DNA of 64,000 nucleotides, taken from positions 2,852,001 to 2,916,000 of the forward strand of contig NC_043018.1 in NCBI RefSeq assembly GCF_006345805.1, written 5' to 3'. Under the pieces are notes generated by a model. The model ran no database searches and was not told the DNA's origin. It saw nothing but the letters and a program-made list of their open reading frames with translations. Made by a program: the position numbers and the translations under genes. Below are positions 23,479 to 36,777 of this stretch, piece after piece. The DNA is from Octopus sinensis. Taxonomy: Eukaryota. Each line of letters starts with the position of its first letter. Within the stretch, counting starts at the first letter, position 1.

Positions 23479-26400
23479 TCATAGGATTATGCTCAAGGTG
23501 GCTTCGTCATTCATACGTGCCATTCTTGCTACATTCACCCATCTTTTTTAAAACATTCGCTAGACAAAACTTGCCTCTCTACTCTCACTTTCCTTTTCAA
23601 GTGGTACTTGAAGAAGTTGATGAGAGATTGACCAGAGAGGAAAGTGTTTGTCTCCATCCTTTCAGACGCTTCCACCAGATACATTCCTTCGCCATAGCCA
23701 CAAGGATGATGAAAATAGCTCTTCCTTCCCGTTTGAAGGAAGGAGGCGTGACAATATGACGATAGACTCAGCTGATAAACCTACTCGTCCCACACGTGAC
23801 AGCAGTTGTTCGACATAAGCCCACAGGTCGGAAATTGTTGGACACTGCACGAGTGCGTGCAGAACGGTTTCGTCGCTCTGACCGCATCTCGGGCAAGTCG
23901 GCCCCGTGTTTCTCGAGCCGTGTCTGTAGAGCTTATCCCGAACGGGTAGCGCTTCTCGGTAGCACTGCCAGGCCAGGGATCTCTGGAAGTTGTCCATGGG
24001 CCCTGGCCCGAAAGTCGTCCTGAACAGGCGGGTCAGGTACTCCTCGTCGACGTCCAGGTTCGCCCCGAGCTCGTCGTCGTACCTCCCCTCCACTAAACCC
24101 CTATAGAATGCTTTGGTTGTGTTGAAGTCACTTAGGTCGACCCAGCACGGCAGAGTTGCTTGAGAGCAACGCGACACTCGCGGTGCCATTCGCCCTTCCT
24201 CGGCCTTTTTGATCCACGACTGCAGTTCGGTCATGGAGACGAGCTGCGGGAAAGCGTGCCTCACAAACGGCGACCACACCTGTTCACCGTCGTCTACATA
24301 GAGCCAGAGATGTCGCAGTCTCAGCGCGTATCTGCGCATCATCAACCACGGCATGCCCAGCCCTCCTTTTAACGGGTGTTGACAGCAAATGGATCGCCTG
24401 ACCATTGGGACGCATCCTTTCCACAAGAAGCGAAAGAGAATGCGTTGTAGTTTGGTGATGGTAGGGTCGGGACAAGGTACGACGGTCAGGCGGTAGTAGA
24501 TGACGGACGCGATGTACGTGTTCGCCACCTCCGCTCGACCTTTTAGGGACAGTTTCCTCTCGGCCCATTGCCGGGCGAGAGTGACCACTCTAGTCGTTAT
24601 CTCGTTCCAGTTCTTCTCCACTTGGAGGTCCGGACCAAACCAGACCCCGAGCAACTCAACCGGGCCGTCGGTCCAGCGTCCCACGACGGAGGCGCTGGTG
24701 GACGGCATGGGCTTGCTTCTCCAGGTGCCTAGTCGCAAGCCCACTGACTTTTCCCGGTTGATTTTCGCTCCTGTCACCGCTTCGTAGTTTTTCAGTGTCT
24801 CGCCGACCAGCTCGATGTGCTCGTGGCTAGACACTATGACGGTGACGTCGTCCGCGTATGCAGACACGCTCGTCCCGCATCCCAATTCTCGCGGGATGCC
24901 CCTTAGAGTCGCCAGCTTCCGCAGTAGTGGCTCAAGAGTCAATACGTATAGAAGCGCCGAGAGGGGGCATCCCTGACGGACCGAACGTGCAATGTTGAAA
25001 GGTCTCGATAGATGTCCATTTACGCGAATTACCGAACGGATGCCTCTGTACAAGGCAGCTATCCAGCCGCGGAAGACGGGACCGAAACCAGCCGCTCTCA
25101 GGACTGCCTCCAAGTATCGATGGTCTACCCTATCAAAGGCTTTCGATTGATCCAAGTTGATCAGGGCCCCACCCATGCCAGGTTCGTAACTACCCTGTCT
25201 ATGATGTAGCGCATCAGATGGAGGTTGTCATGGATGGTCCGGTCTGGCACGGCGCACGTTTGCGCCTTGTCGACCAGTTTCTCGATGACAAGCGCCAACC
25301 TCTGGCTAGCACCTTGGCCAAAATTTTCAAGTCTGCATTAAGCAGAGTGATGGGCCTAAAGTTATCTATTACATTTCCCTTGTTTATATCTTTCTTCAGC
25401 AGTGTTACGGCTCCTCGGCTCACAAAACCAGAATGCTCCCGTTTTGCTGCCAGTTGCAGTACACCGCCGCCAAGAGATCTCCAAACAAGTCTGGCATACA
25501 ATTGTAAAGCTCGTAGGTAGACCATCCAAACCGGTGATTTGTCCCTCGAGCATTCTGCCAATCGCTTCATGCACTTCCGCCGCCGTGATGGCACCTTCGC
25601 AGCATCCTGCTTTCTTGTCGAGAGTCGTGGTAGGCTATGTAGGTAGGCACTGAAGTCCACCCTACGTTCTCCACTCGTTCTGAACAGTCGGGCAAAATGC
25701 TGCTGAATGGCCTCACACATTTTACTTGGCGCGAGCAATTCGCGCCCCTGTTCATCTACCAGTGACCGAATGGTGGCTTTGTTGCCCTGTTGCGCCTCTG
25801 CCACCCGGGCCTCTCTCGCGGCTCCAACACCTTCGTTCCTTAGAGCACGCATCCTAGCTCTGACAGCACATCCTTCGTGTTTGGCGTTGAAGTGTTGGTC
25901 GAGGGCCAACCTCGCCGCCAAAACGTCGGATGCGATGCCGCTTCTAATTGCCTCTTCTAGCTTCTTAACTAGCTCACCCTCTACTCTATTTCTATCTATG
26001 GCTAGTGCTTTGCTGTACCTAATCGCTTCTGCTTTTACTGCTCTCTTGAGGGAAAACCACCATTTGTTGTTGATGATGGCTCCCGTCAAAGCCCTCTTTA
26101 CTAGTGTGCTAATCCGGTCGTCTCTGAAAACATGTCTCGATGGGAAAGACGCGTTTAGTTTCCAGTATCCGGGACCCTGCCTAAGTGTCTTACCTAAGTC
26201 TAGCGTACATGTCACAAGTTTGTGATCCGTGTAGCTGACTATGTGGAATTGTGGACATCCTATGCTATCTCTATCTACTGTCCTACACAGTATCCTATCT
26301 AGATACGATCTCGACGACCCGATGCGGTTGCTCCATGTCCACGTTGGCGCATTCGGGTGGTCTAGTCGGAACCTGTCAGACAGTTGAAAGCGTCTGAGCA

Positions 26401-26903
26401 GGTCTCTGAGGCATTTGCATCCCCGTCTATTCCTATCTCTACCCACGTAGTCTACATGCGTGTCCAAGGTAGCATTCCAATCCCCCACTAAGAGTAAAGG
26501 ACGAGACGTTCCCAAGAATACTTCTAGACGTTGAAAGAAATCCGCCCGACCTGTTAAGGGCGGTGCGTAAACTGATACGAGTCGAAAAGCGCACCCATTG
26601 CTGCCGTCGACATCCAGGACGACCAGTCTACCCTCCGGGTCTACGAATATTGTCCTTACTTTGAGATCCAGACTCTTGTGAAAAAGTACCGCGGTGCCAC
26701 TACCGCCCATTCTCGGCAGACAGGGGGAAAAATAAATGTTGAACTGTCCGCCAAACATGGTCTTTAGGGCCCGCGGATTGTGGAGTCTGGTTCTCACTTA
26801 TGGCTATGATTTCTAACTTATGTGACTTTATGTCATTTAAGAGGTACCCTTGTTTCCAAGGGGACCCCAAGCCACGCGCATTTACACAACCAATCTTGAT
26901 CAT
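23479..26903 (-). pseudogene. Tx1-like ORF2 (APE + RT + C-terminal zinc motif), frameshifted
   Basis: MIKIGCVNARGLGSPWKQ at 26903, a 527-aa APE/linker ORF, and a 504-aa RT ORF with LDQSKAFDRVDH, QGCPLS, YADD (24847-24858) and CPRCGQSDETVLHALVQC. TGA at 23479-23481. Confidence 0.92.
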
Positions 26904-26930
26904 AGTTCTAATGAATTAGAATACAGAGGG

Positions 26931-29106
26931 TTACTTACTGCTCGAAAGTTTTTGCTTTCTCCTCCGTTGGTTTGTCCTCGAGAAGATCCCAGTACAGTTT
27001 CTTTGTGAGATATTTTTGGCATTTACCAACCGCACTGGGGAAAATGCCTTGAGTGTGTGGTGCAGACTTTTGGAGATGTGTAATATTTTGATGTGGTCTG
27101 GTGGTGTTGTGTATGGGTGATTGTTTGTTTTTATGTCATCTTCTGTTATGTTTGTTTTTGATTGGATGTATTCCATCAAATTTGTGTTTTTGGTGTCTAT
27201 GGCTGTGAGCATGTTTGCTGTATATGTTTTTGTGGTGTTGGTGTGGCTGTTGTTTGCGTTGGGTTTTGAAATGTCTTCGGGAGATGTATTCCCCCTGCTT
27301 TGTTCGTGTTTGCATTTGGTTTGGTTGTGTTTCTGCTCTTTATTTTCCTTCTTTTTGTAGCTATTTGCCATTCCTCACTGGTTTCGTCTTCCGACGAAAT
27401 TTCTGAGGAATCAGAAGGGGGTAGGGGTATGTTGTGGGCTTCTATGTATGTCTGTGTAAGTGGTTGTGTTGTTGTTTTCGTTGTTGTTGGTTGTTGAGTG
27501 TTTGTGTGTGTTGAGTGCGGTATAAGGGATGGGGGATCAGTTTGTGTGTGTTTTCTTTGTTTTTCTGTTCCTTTGGGTTTTGCTGTTGTTCTTGGTGTTG
27601 GAATTGGTTTATTTGTTGTTGGTGGTGATGATTCTGTTCTTGGCGCTGGTGTTGGTGTTGTTTGGTTGGGTTGGCTTGTTCTTTGTTGTTTTTCCTGCAT
27701 TTCCGCATACAGCTTCTTGACTAGCTGTCCATATTGTGGTGTGGGCAATAATGCTGGCTTTTGTGATTTTTCCTGTGGCTGTTGTTGTTGTTGTAATTTT
27801 GCGGCAGATTTGCACTCCTTTTTGAGGTGTGCCTCACTGCCACATGTATAGCATCGTGGCCTTCTGCCCTCGACTACTACGTATAACTTGCGGCCATCCT
27901 CAAGATGTACGTGGGTGGGGATTTTATTTATGTCCTCTTGACTTATGTGGAAGAGGAACTCTATTCTCTTTCCCAGCCAGTCCTTGTTTTCCGAAACACC
28001 GATATCTAGGATGTTTAAGTCCTCCATTTCGGATGTTAAGGCGGATGTTATCCACAGTGTTGTAGTCACTTGGGGACACCACTGATAATGACTTTCGTCA
28101 CCTTCTGGCCGAGGTAACTCGGTTCAACGTTAGTTCATCAGAATGAAGGGTTATCGTTGAGAATTTCTTCGCCACTCAACTCTTCATTCTGAAAAACCAC
28201 CTGTACGTGTGCGAACTTGTTCGCCCAAGTCACACAATCCTTGTATCCCCAGATGGGGCGTAAGCACTTTTCGACTTTGTCTGTGCTTGCCTTTTCTGGA
28301 CTTTTAGTTTTTTTTTTGTTATTTGTGATTTATACAATTGTCTTTTTTTTCTCTCTCTTTCAGTATGTGCTGAGGTATGTGTAAGAGTATTTTTCCGTTT
28401 TCATTTGTAATAAGGTTCTGCAATCTTTAATCTGTTGTGTAGTAAACGAAACTTTTGTTACCTTTTCTTTTATCGCCTCGGCGAAGTTTGTTGTTGTTTT
28501 GTTATTGTTGTTACTGCCGGTGGTGTTGGTGTTGATGGCAGGTGTGTGGGTTGTAGGTTTGTGGTTGCTGATTATGCAACTAGCAAGGGGTGGAAAATTG
28601 CCTGCGTAATTTAGTCCTGCATTAGCGCAAATTTCGGCATTTCGTTTGCTTGTCGTCGTTATTTTTTCACTTGTTGGTGATGGAGTGAGCAGTGGTTGAA
28701 GGGAATTGTTGTTTTCGTCGTCGTTGTTGTTGTTGTTGTTGTTGTTGTTATTGTCGTTCTTGGTGACGGCGGTGGTGTTAGTAGTATTAGTAGCATTGAC
28801 GGCACGGTCTTTGGTGGCGGTGATGGTGGTATTGTTATTGGTGGCGATGTCTTTAGTAGGGATAGTAGTTTTAGTAGCAGATTCTGCCATGGTGTTGTTG
28901 TCGGTGTTGGTGGTGGACTTACTGTTGGTGTTGACGGTGCTTGGCCTTGCGACCTTTGTTTTGTATTTGTTGCTGTTGTCGATGTTGATGGTGGTGGAGG
29001 TGGTGGTGTTGTTGTCAGGTTCAGCGTATGCTAACAGAGCATCCTGTTTTTCTGTCTCTGCGTCACGCTTGACTTGCACCTCAGCCTCGTGGTGACCAGT
29101 GGCCAT
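26931..29106 (-). pseudogene. Tx1-like ORF1 with a single CCHC zinc knuckle, frameshifted
   Basis: MATGHHEAEVQV at 29106, T/N-rich N-terminus, CYTCGSEAHLKKEC at 27812-27853, and a Q/T/K-rich C-terminus. Confidence 0.82.
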
Positions 29107-29336
29107 TTTGGAAATAAAATGGCTAAATGAAACCACGAAGGCTATGAGAATTTTTTCTTTTAAATTTTGCCCACAAGGGGCAAAATTTTGTGTAGATATT
29201 TATCAAAGGTTTGCAGTGGATGTTGTTGCACAACTTTTAAACACAAAATATTTGTCAATATACACTTTTGAACGTATAAAAATACCAACTTACGTGGAGC
29301 CCATTTGACTTGCGTCTGTCTGTCCAGAGAGAGAGA

Positions 29337-29472
29337 GATAGATAGATAGATAGATGGATGGATGGATGGATGGATGGATGGATGGATGGATGGATGGATG
29401 GATGGATGGATGGATGGATGGATGGATGGAGGATGGATGGATGGATGGATGGATGGATGGATGGATGGATGG
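29337..29472. repeat. (GATA)n-(GATG)n array at the 5' flank of Tx1 copy 2
   Basis: Direct reading. Confidence 0.95.
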
Positions 29473-29756
29473 ATACATGTTCATTCTGTGGAAAACTGTC
29501 TCTGCGTCTGTCTACAGTGCTTTGTGTACTGTTTTCATATCTGCATGTGTACACATGTGTATGTATGTATGTGTGTGTGTGCGCGCATCTTTGTGTGTGT
29601 ATGTGTGTGTGTGTTTGTGTGCGTACACTCGCGCATGCGTGTGTCGACACAATTTAAATTGTAACAAAAGTGCACGCTCTTCATTTCCTTATCAAGATTT
29701 TGGGGAAAAATGCGAAACAAGATGGAATGAATGCAAGCGTGATTCATTGCCTCCGG

Positions 29757-29841
29757 TACACTACCACCGCCACTAACATTACTACTACTACTACTACCAC
29801 CACTACTGCTACTGATACTACTACTACTACCACCACTACTG

Positions 29842-29874
<33 letters not shown>

Positions 29875-30016
29875 TACTACTACTACTACCACCACTACTG
29901 CTACTAATACTACTACTACTACTACTACTATTACTACTACTACTACTACTTCTAATAATAATAATAATGATGATGATGATGATAATAACAATGATAATAA
30001 TAATATGATGATGATG

Positions 30017-30050
<34 letters not shown>

Positions 30051-30157
30051 TAATAATAATAATAATAATAATAATATGATGATGATGATATAATAATATA
30101 ATAATAAAAATAATAATGATGATGATGATGATGATGATAATAATAATAATAATAATA

Positions 30158-30198
<41 letters not shown>

Positions 30199-30220
30199 AA
30201 TAATAATAATAATAATAATA

Positions 30221-30307
<87 letters not shown>

Positions 30308-30331
30308 TAATGATAATAGCAATGCCGATGC

Positions 30332-30363
<32 letters not shown>

Positions 30364-30365
30364 AT
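29757..30365. repeat. 600-bp compound trinucleotide array (TAC/CAC)n-(TAA)n-(GAT)n-(GCT)n
   Basis: Direct reading. It explains the poly-Y/H/I/M/T ORFs. Confidence 0.95.
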
Positions 30366-33300
30366 GGTCTTGAGGCTGCTTGTTCTTCTTCTCCTGTTGA
30401 TACTATTTCATCCAACTTATGATTGAATATGAGAGAAGTCGGCTCCGGCATGTCGACTGAGTTTGCTTTTCAGCTGCGGGCTTCACTGAGACAGTAATCG
30501 TGTGAAAATGGAAAAATTTAACCAGAGGAGGAAAGAAAAAGGAAAAGGGAACAATACCATAGTATGGGGCGTGAGGTGGGGGCGGGCTGTTGGAAACACA
30601 ACAAACAACAAAAACATTAATCTCTGTAAATCAGAGACCGAAACCAAGAAAAATAATATAAATGTATAAAGCACATGATGTTAATGAAAATCTTTGTAAT
30701 TAGTGATTTTGCATGTTTTGTGAAAATTCATTGTTTTGATTTAGCATAAATTATTTGATTTGTGATAACATAATTAATTACAATAACACAAAAACCTTCA
30801 AATGAATGCCAAGAGACAATTTAATTTCTTTTTTAATGTACAAACGTTCACAAATCAATAATTGACTAGAAAATACAGTTTTTCTTCAATAATATATCAT
30901 GCAACATTGTTGCCTCTGTGTGGTGGTCATAAATTGACTCACATGTCTCAGCGTTGTCTTCGAAAATGATGGGACAATGAATGCAGCTAATTACTGAGAA
31001 AACTCCTTCGTTCCTTATGCAGTATAGTTCATCGATTACTTTTTTACACTCTGCAATATGGCGATATTTCCCAGGGAAAAGCCCCACCCCTTTCCTGGCT
31101 TCGTTCTTTATCTTAATTTGTTTTTATTGTCATTGATGCTCATATATCCTTGTATTTTTTCTTTTGCTTGTTGTATATTCATTATTCATCCTACACAAAA
31201 GCACTTTTTACCTCTGCACAATTATTTTTCATATTAGTATGTTGTATTTTATATCAGTCCATTGTGATTCATTTTAATCTTCAGTGTTTCATATTTCTTC
31301 TCTGTGTTTCATATTTGTCCTTTGTATGTCATATCATCCTTTGTCCTCTCCAACTGGAGATACCCTACCAGAAGCTTGTACCTTGCTGGCATAGCTCTCA
31401 GTGACACTGTGACAGACAAGCCACTACAGCGCTACAAGGAATGGACATACAATACATAATGTAATACTGAATAATTCAGAAAAGGTTAGGTTCAGTTTAT
31501 CTTTTCGTGATTGTTCTACGAATTTTCACTAAAGGTCTATCCACTGAGGACTGGTCTGCAACACAGCAGCGATTCCAATTTCAAATATGTCTAATAAGGC
31601 TTTCTAGTTTCTACGTTTGGAAAGTTGTTGATTGACTACCAACTCCCAAGAAAATTATAATTAACGAAATGTAAATGATGTAACTACACACCTACTCATA
31701 CACACATGCACATACATACATACATACATACATACATGCATACAAACATACATATATACATACATACATACATACATACATACATACATACATAAATACA
31801 TACATAAATACATACACATACATACATACATACATACATACATAAACACATACATGCCATCATAAGTCCATTAGGTTATGCTCCAACAACTTAGTAGAAA
31901 CGCTGGTAAACGTTTCATTCAAATGATGATACTTCTTTCTAATTTTGACACAAAGCCAGCATTCTTCAAGAGTATGTTAAAGTGGATTACATTGAACCCC
32001 AGTATTTCTCAGGTACTTAATTTACCGACCTCCAAAAGGATGAAAAGCATAGCCGACCTCGGCGGATTTGACCTAAGAACGGACAATATGCTGCTAAGCA
32101 TTTATACCGGGCGTGATAAGGAAACAGCCAGCTCGCTATCGACTTAGTAACAGTAATAATAATAATAATGACAATAAAATGAATAAGGTTTCTCTTTCAG
32201 TTTTGACGTAAACGAAAATGAATGGAAACTAAGAATCATCCATTCGTAATTATAACACTATGAATGGTTCCGAACGATTTCAAAAATTAAAGAAGCAAAA
32301 CCTAAATAAATAAAATCATGACATGAGTTTGGATCAGTTCCAATTGCTTAGTCATGAGTTTTGGAAGACTTTCAGATGTTTGTTTGTTTCGCTTGGAACA
32401 GTTAGAATATTCAGACGAACGATTCTCTGTGAAGCTCGAACGCCGAGACTTCGTTACTTCCTGCGAGCGGATTTGAAAGAATAACAAAATAATTCACGAC
32501 AAAAAAACAACAGTAAAATATCAGTTTAAAAAAGTACAAAACACCATTTCATTGCAATAGGACCACAAATTACGATTTATTGAGTAAAGGGGGCTTCAAC
32601 ATGAACGCTCCTCCTGCAGATATAACAGTCATATCTTCCTCAATTAAGAGATTATGGTGTAAATTCTACAACCTGATATCTTTAACAGGTATTATGATCT
32701 CATTTAATATCCTTCTATTCTTTGGTTTTAGTCGTTCGACGGCGACCATTCTGGGGCAGCACTTCACGCAGTTTCTTTATTCAAAAGTTCGTATTTTAAA
32801 CCAGCCGTTATTCTATTAACCAATGTTCACTAACTCTGAAGTTAAGCGGTAAGAGACAAATAAGCACGCAAAGTCGTAATTTGTATTTAAGAGTTATTAT
32901 GTATTATATTAAATTATTGTAAGCATATGATATAATATATAATATACAATTTTAAAATAAGATAAAATCTTTATAAGAATTTATCAAGTAGTTAGCGTGA
33001 AAAACCTCATAAGGGAAAAATTCATTAATTATTCAGGGATTCAGGGGAATACACACACACACACACGTACACACACACGCATACACACACACACACACAT
33101 ATATATATATATTATGCTTGTGAGTGTGTGTTTCTACACATACACACGTACATAAATATGATGAGGACAAGAAGGTGAAATGTTCAGCAAGGGTGACAAG
33201 TTTTACAAAGCTGTTATTAGTTTTGCGCTTAAAAAGAAAACGGGAAGATGATAAGGGTCATCCACATTTCAAATACGTGGTCGTTCATCAGATAAAAGGA

Positions 33301-33744
33301 AGAAAAACGAAAATGATAGGTGGTGGAAAGGAAGGGAGAAATGTAGAGGCCGAGTGAGAAGGTAGTTCTCTGGTGAGAAGTTAAGAAGGGAAGATTAAGT
33401 GGGGAATGTGTATGCGTACGAAGGAGAGTGTCTGAGTAGGGAGATGTCCAAATGCGGGGTGACTGGGTTGAGGTGCAGGTGACTGGCTGGAGTAAATGAT
33501 AGGAGCTGAAAGTGAAAGTAGAAAAGTGCAAGAGGGCGTAAAAGTATAGACAATGGGAGAGGGAAAACTGTATGTAGGATGAATGTTGTATTAAGTGAAA
33601 CAACATATTAAAGCTGGTACATGTAGAGGAAAGTTACGAAGTGGAGAAAAAGGTTGGAAAATTAGTGGAAAAGTTACTAGGTAAAACAGACAAAGGTGTG
33701 AAAGAGGAAAACAGAATAGTTAAGAAATTATATAGATATATATT

Positions 33745-33978
33745 CATTGTTCTCTGGCCTGTTTCAGCAATTAGACTGCAGCCATACTGGGGCACCGCTT
33801 TGGAAAATATCAGTGGGACAAATTGGCCCTAGCTCTTATTTTGTTATGTCCCATATTTTCTCTATTGATCTTTTTGGTCGAACCGCTAAATTAGGGAGAC
33901 ATAAAGACACCAAGACGGGTTGTGAAGCGGTGATGGAGGACAAACACAGACATAGACACACAAACTCACACACACACA

Positions 33979-34027
<49 letters not shown>

Positions 34028-34082
34028 GCACACATATATACGACAGTCTCCTTTCAGATTTTGCCTACCGAATCCACACAGA
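33745..34082 (-). mobile_element. Old copy of the SINE family at 62676-63095 (internal CA repeat)
   Basis: Collinear similarity (gactgcagccatactggggcacc..gaaccgctaa..ggacaaacacaga..cgacag.ctc.tttcag). Confidence 0.65.
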
Positions 34083-34871
34083 TTGGTTGTTCCGGTTTTA
34101 TAATAGAAATCCCTTTCCAATGGAAGTGGGAAAATGTATATATTGAGAAAAGGGGGCGTCAGAAAGGGCGAGATGATTATGAAATGGATATTGGGAAAGG
34201 AACGTAAAGAAGAAATAAATTCCCAGTAGTTCTCAAATTTGCCACCACAGGACAGAATGCAGTCTCCAAGCGTCCTTCTGGCCGCCCCCGACGGTCTTCA
34301 CTCAATAAATACAATAAATGTGTCTTTAATTGACTTGTATTTGACTGTTTGTGGTGTAGCCTCCTTAAAAGTCTCCAGATTTTGGATCTGGCCCAAATAC
34401 GGAAAAGGTTGTGAACCAATGGTCTGTAAAGTCGGTAGCTACTGTAAAGATTGGAAAAATGCCTGGGAAATTGCCGTGATTAACGAAATTACGATGGTTT
34501 AATCTCTTATAACTGACCACAATGTGAAAGAAAGCAGAATTATATGCATGCAAACATTGTTTTTCTTTTTCTCTTCTCTTCAGTAGAGGGTGAAGGGAGA
34601 GACATATCCCTTATAATTTGATGGAGTGTTCTGTGTTTATCAGACTGCGAGCCATTGGAACGAACTACAAGACGACGACAATCGATAGAGACCCTGAAGA
34701 TACCGATAACTTGAAAGCCACAAAAGGAGTATGAATTGTTTTGGACCAGAGTGATTGCACGTGGTTTACTTGTGTGTTGGATTCATGTTCGTAAGAATGT
34801 CTTTTCGGTCCTTGAATGGGTCGATGCCTTGTGATCTAAAGATGAACATATCATTTCACGTTGGTCAAGCT

Positions 34872-34963
34872 CAGTGGTTCTCAGCCTGGGGTTCGCGGAT
34901 CCTTGGAGGTTCGCAAAGGTAGTACTGGGTGTCCGAGAACTAAATTCAAATTTTCATATATAT

Positions 34964-35005
<42 letters not shown>

Positions 35006-35300
35006 ATTCAAACAAGAAAACACACAAAAAACACAACAACGCGAGGACGTGGAACAAATAGAGTATTATTGGACGCTCAGGAAAGAAGGGAAGGAGTGTT
35101 TAACGTTTCGAGCGGAGCTCTTCGTCGGAAACATAGGAGAAGGAAAGATCCAGAGAAGGGAAGACAGAGGAAAAAATCGCCAACGGTACGTATATATATA
35201 CATACATATACATAAAGATAAGCATATTGAAAGGGGTCCGTGGAAAAACTCATTTACGTAAAATGGTTGGAAATCACTGAGAAAAGGTTGGGAAACACTG
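34872..35300. mobile_element. hAT-type MITE carrying a nested hammerhead element
   Basis: TIRs CAGTGGTTCTCAGCCT / AGGTTGGGAAACACTG (13/16). No clean 8-bp TSD. Confidence 0.55.
35002..35190 (-). mobile_element. Short non-coding repeat with an intact hammerhead motif (35097-35133), copy 2
   Basis: The minus strand reads UGUUU-CCGACGA-A-GAGC ucc GCUC-GAAA-CG-UU-AAACA. (TA)n on both sides. Confidence 0.7.
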
Positions 35301-36711
35301 CTCTAGTCCATTCAGCTGGTAAAAATGAACATTCCTGCGGCAAGCCGGGGTCCCGTTCAGGGATGGGGTATATATATATCAGAGAGTCCGAGAAACTGAG
35401 CCTATGTGTTTATATGACTCGGGAAGGAGGTTTAACCTTTTATTATATGCTTATTAAAGAGTAACTTGTATAAGGTTAGGGCATGCTGCTGCTGCTTCTG
35501 CTGTTCATAACAATATCAACAGTATCCTAAATTGCACCTGAAGAAGTTGCTTCTGCTGACTAGCAAAGATGCATTTGCTACTACACAACAACCAATGAGA
35601 AACACTCTGCACGTTTATTGAATAAAAATAACAGTTATGTGTCCCTCAAATGAAGCTCTGTCTTTTTTACATACCAGGAATAACGTATTTCTAGAAGAAC
35701 TCTGCCTCATTAAAAATAAAGCATTTACAAGGAAAGGGTTGTTTATGTTTTAGATATGGTAATAATATCATATATCGATCGTAGTCGTACAGCTTTCGTA
35801 AACGACTTGGTGGGCATTCCTGGAATGCCTCTGCACAATCCCCATTAAAGCGAGTCGCACGTATGTGTGTATGAATCATAAAACTAGACTCGTTAAGATT
35901 TGAAAGGAGAACATAAACTAAATATAACATTAGAATACTGCTAAAATTTACAAGTCATATGTTTCAACGCTCTACTAATCTCGCAGCTCGAAAATCAAGC
36001 AGTACAATAACTCTAATAAAAATACGCGTTCTTAATTCGTTTAATTTTTGTGTCTATAAGAAAATTATAAAACTTAATAAGAAGTAATATGAAAAGCTTA
36101 GGTATGCGTGAAGTCTATATATGAATGAATCAATGAATACCGTTAATTTACACTAGCTGATAACAAAAAACTGCAAAATTGTAATAATTTTTCTCTCTTC
36201 CTCTTCCCCTTTCTCACACTGTTTTTTTTTTGTAATATGTTGATTCTAAAGATAAAAAATAAATTCTTCTCGCAAATGCGGGTGCAATAGTTTATATTTT
36301 ATTTATTTATTATTTTTATTAGAACATTTTGTATTTATTTTTGGAAGCAAATGTAAGTGCTGTCAATATTGTATAAAAACCGAGAAGGCGAAAATAAATA
36401 AATATAATCTTCATATAAATATTAGTTAGAGTTTTGAAAAAACAGACTCGACCCACTTCATGCTTCTAAACCAAAATTAAATATTTTTCTTTCCTGGTTT
36501 GAAATGCTATTTTCTAACACCGAAGATCAAGTTGCATACTTTGTTCCGCCTTCCATACCGGAACAAACTCGAGATTACGAGATTACTCATCGGAAGTTCT
36601 GCACCATTTCACAGAAGAGATGAGAAATGCTCCAATACTTTGCTTGATACTGATTGAGATTAATGCAGAATATATATTATAAACCTCCCGGCAAATGTGT
36701 ACTATCTATTA

Positions 36712-36777
<66 letters not shown>

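Larger units (their letters stand above)
23112..29325 (-). mobile_element. Full-length L1-clade Tx1-like non-LTR retrotransposon, copy 2
   Basis: Same organisation and the same 5' start (..GC.AGTCAAATGGGCTCCACGTAAGTTGG) and 3' end as copy 1. Flanked by (GATA)n and (GATA/GATG)n. Confidence 0.92.

Noticed and set aside
11360-29325. The two Tx1 copies as one segmental duplication or an LTR pair
   Set aside because: Similarity stops at the element ends, outer flanks differ beyond the GATA tracts, and each copy has its own complete ORF1/ORF2.
30866-32487. Short coding-looking segments (30942-31050 minus, 31360-31460 plus, 32302-32460 minus)
   Set aside because: They lie on conflicting strands with weak or one-sided splice signals and no recognisable domain.
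34230-34330. KRPSGRPRR as an AT-hook gene or Tc1 transposase fragment
   Set aside because: Too short, a stop follows, and there is no supporting downstream motif.
34693-34720. cctgaagatacc..ttgaaagcc as a hammerhead
   Set aside because: No stems and no NUH triplet in register.
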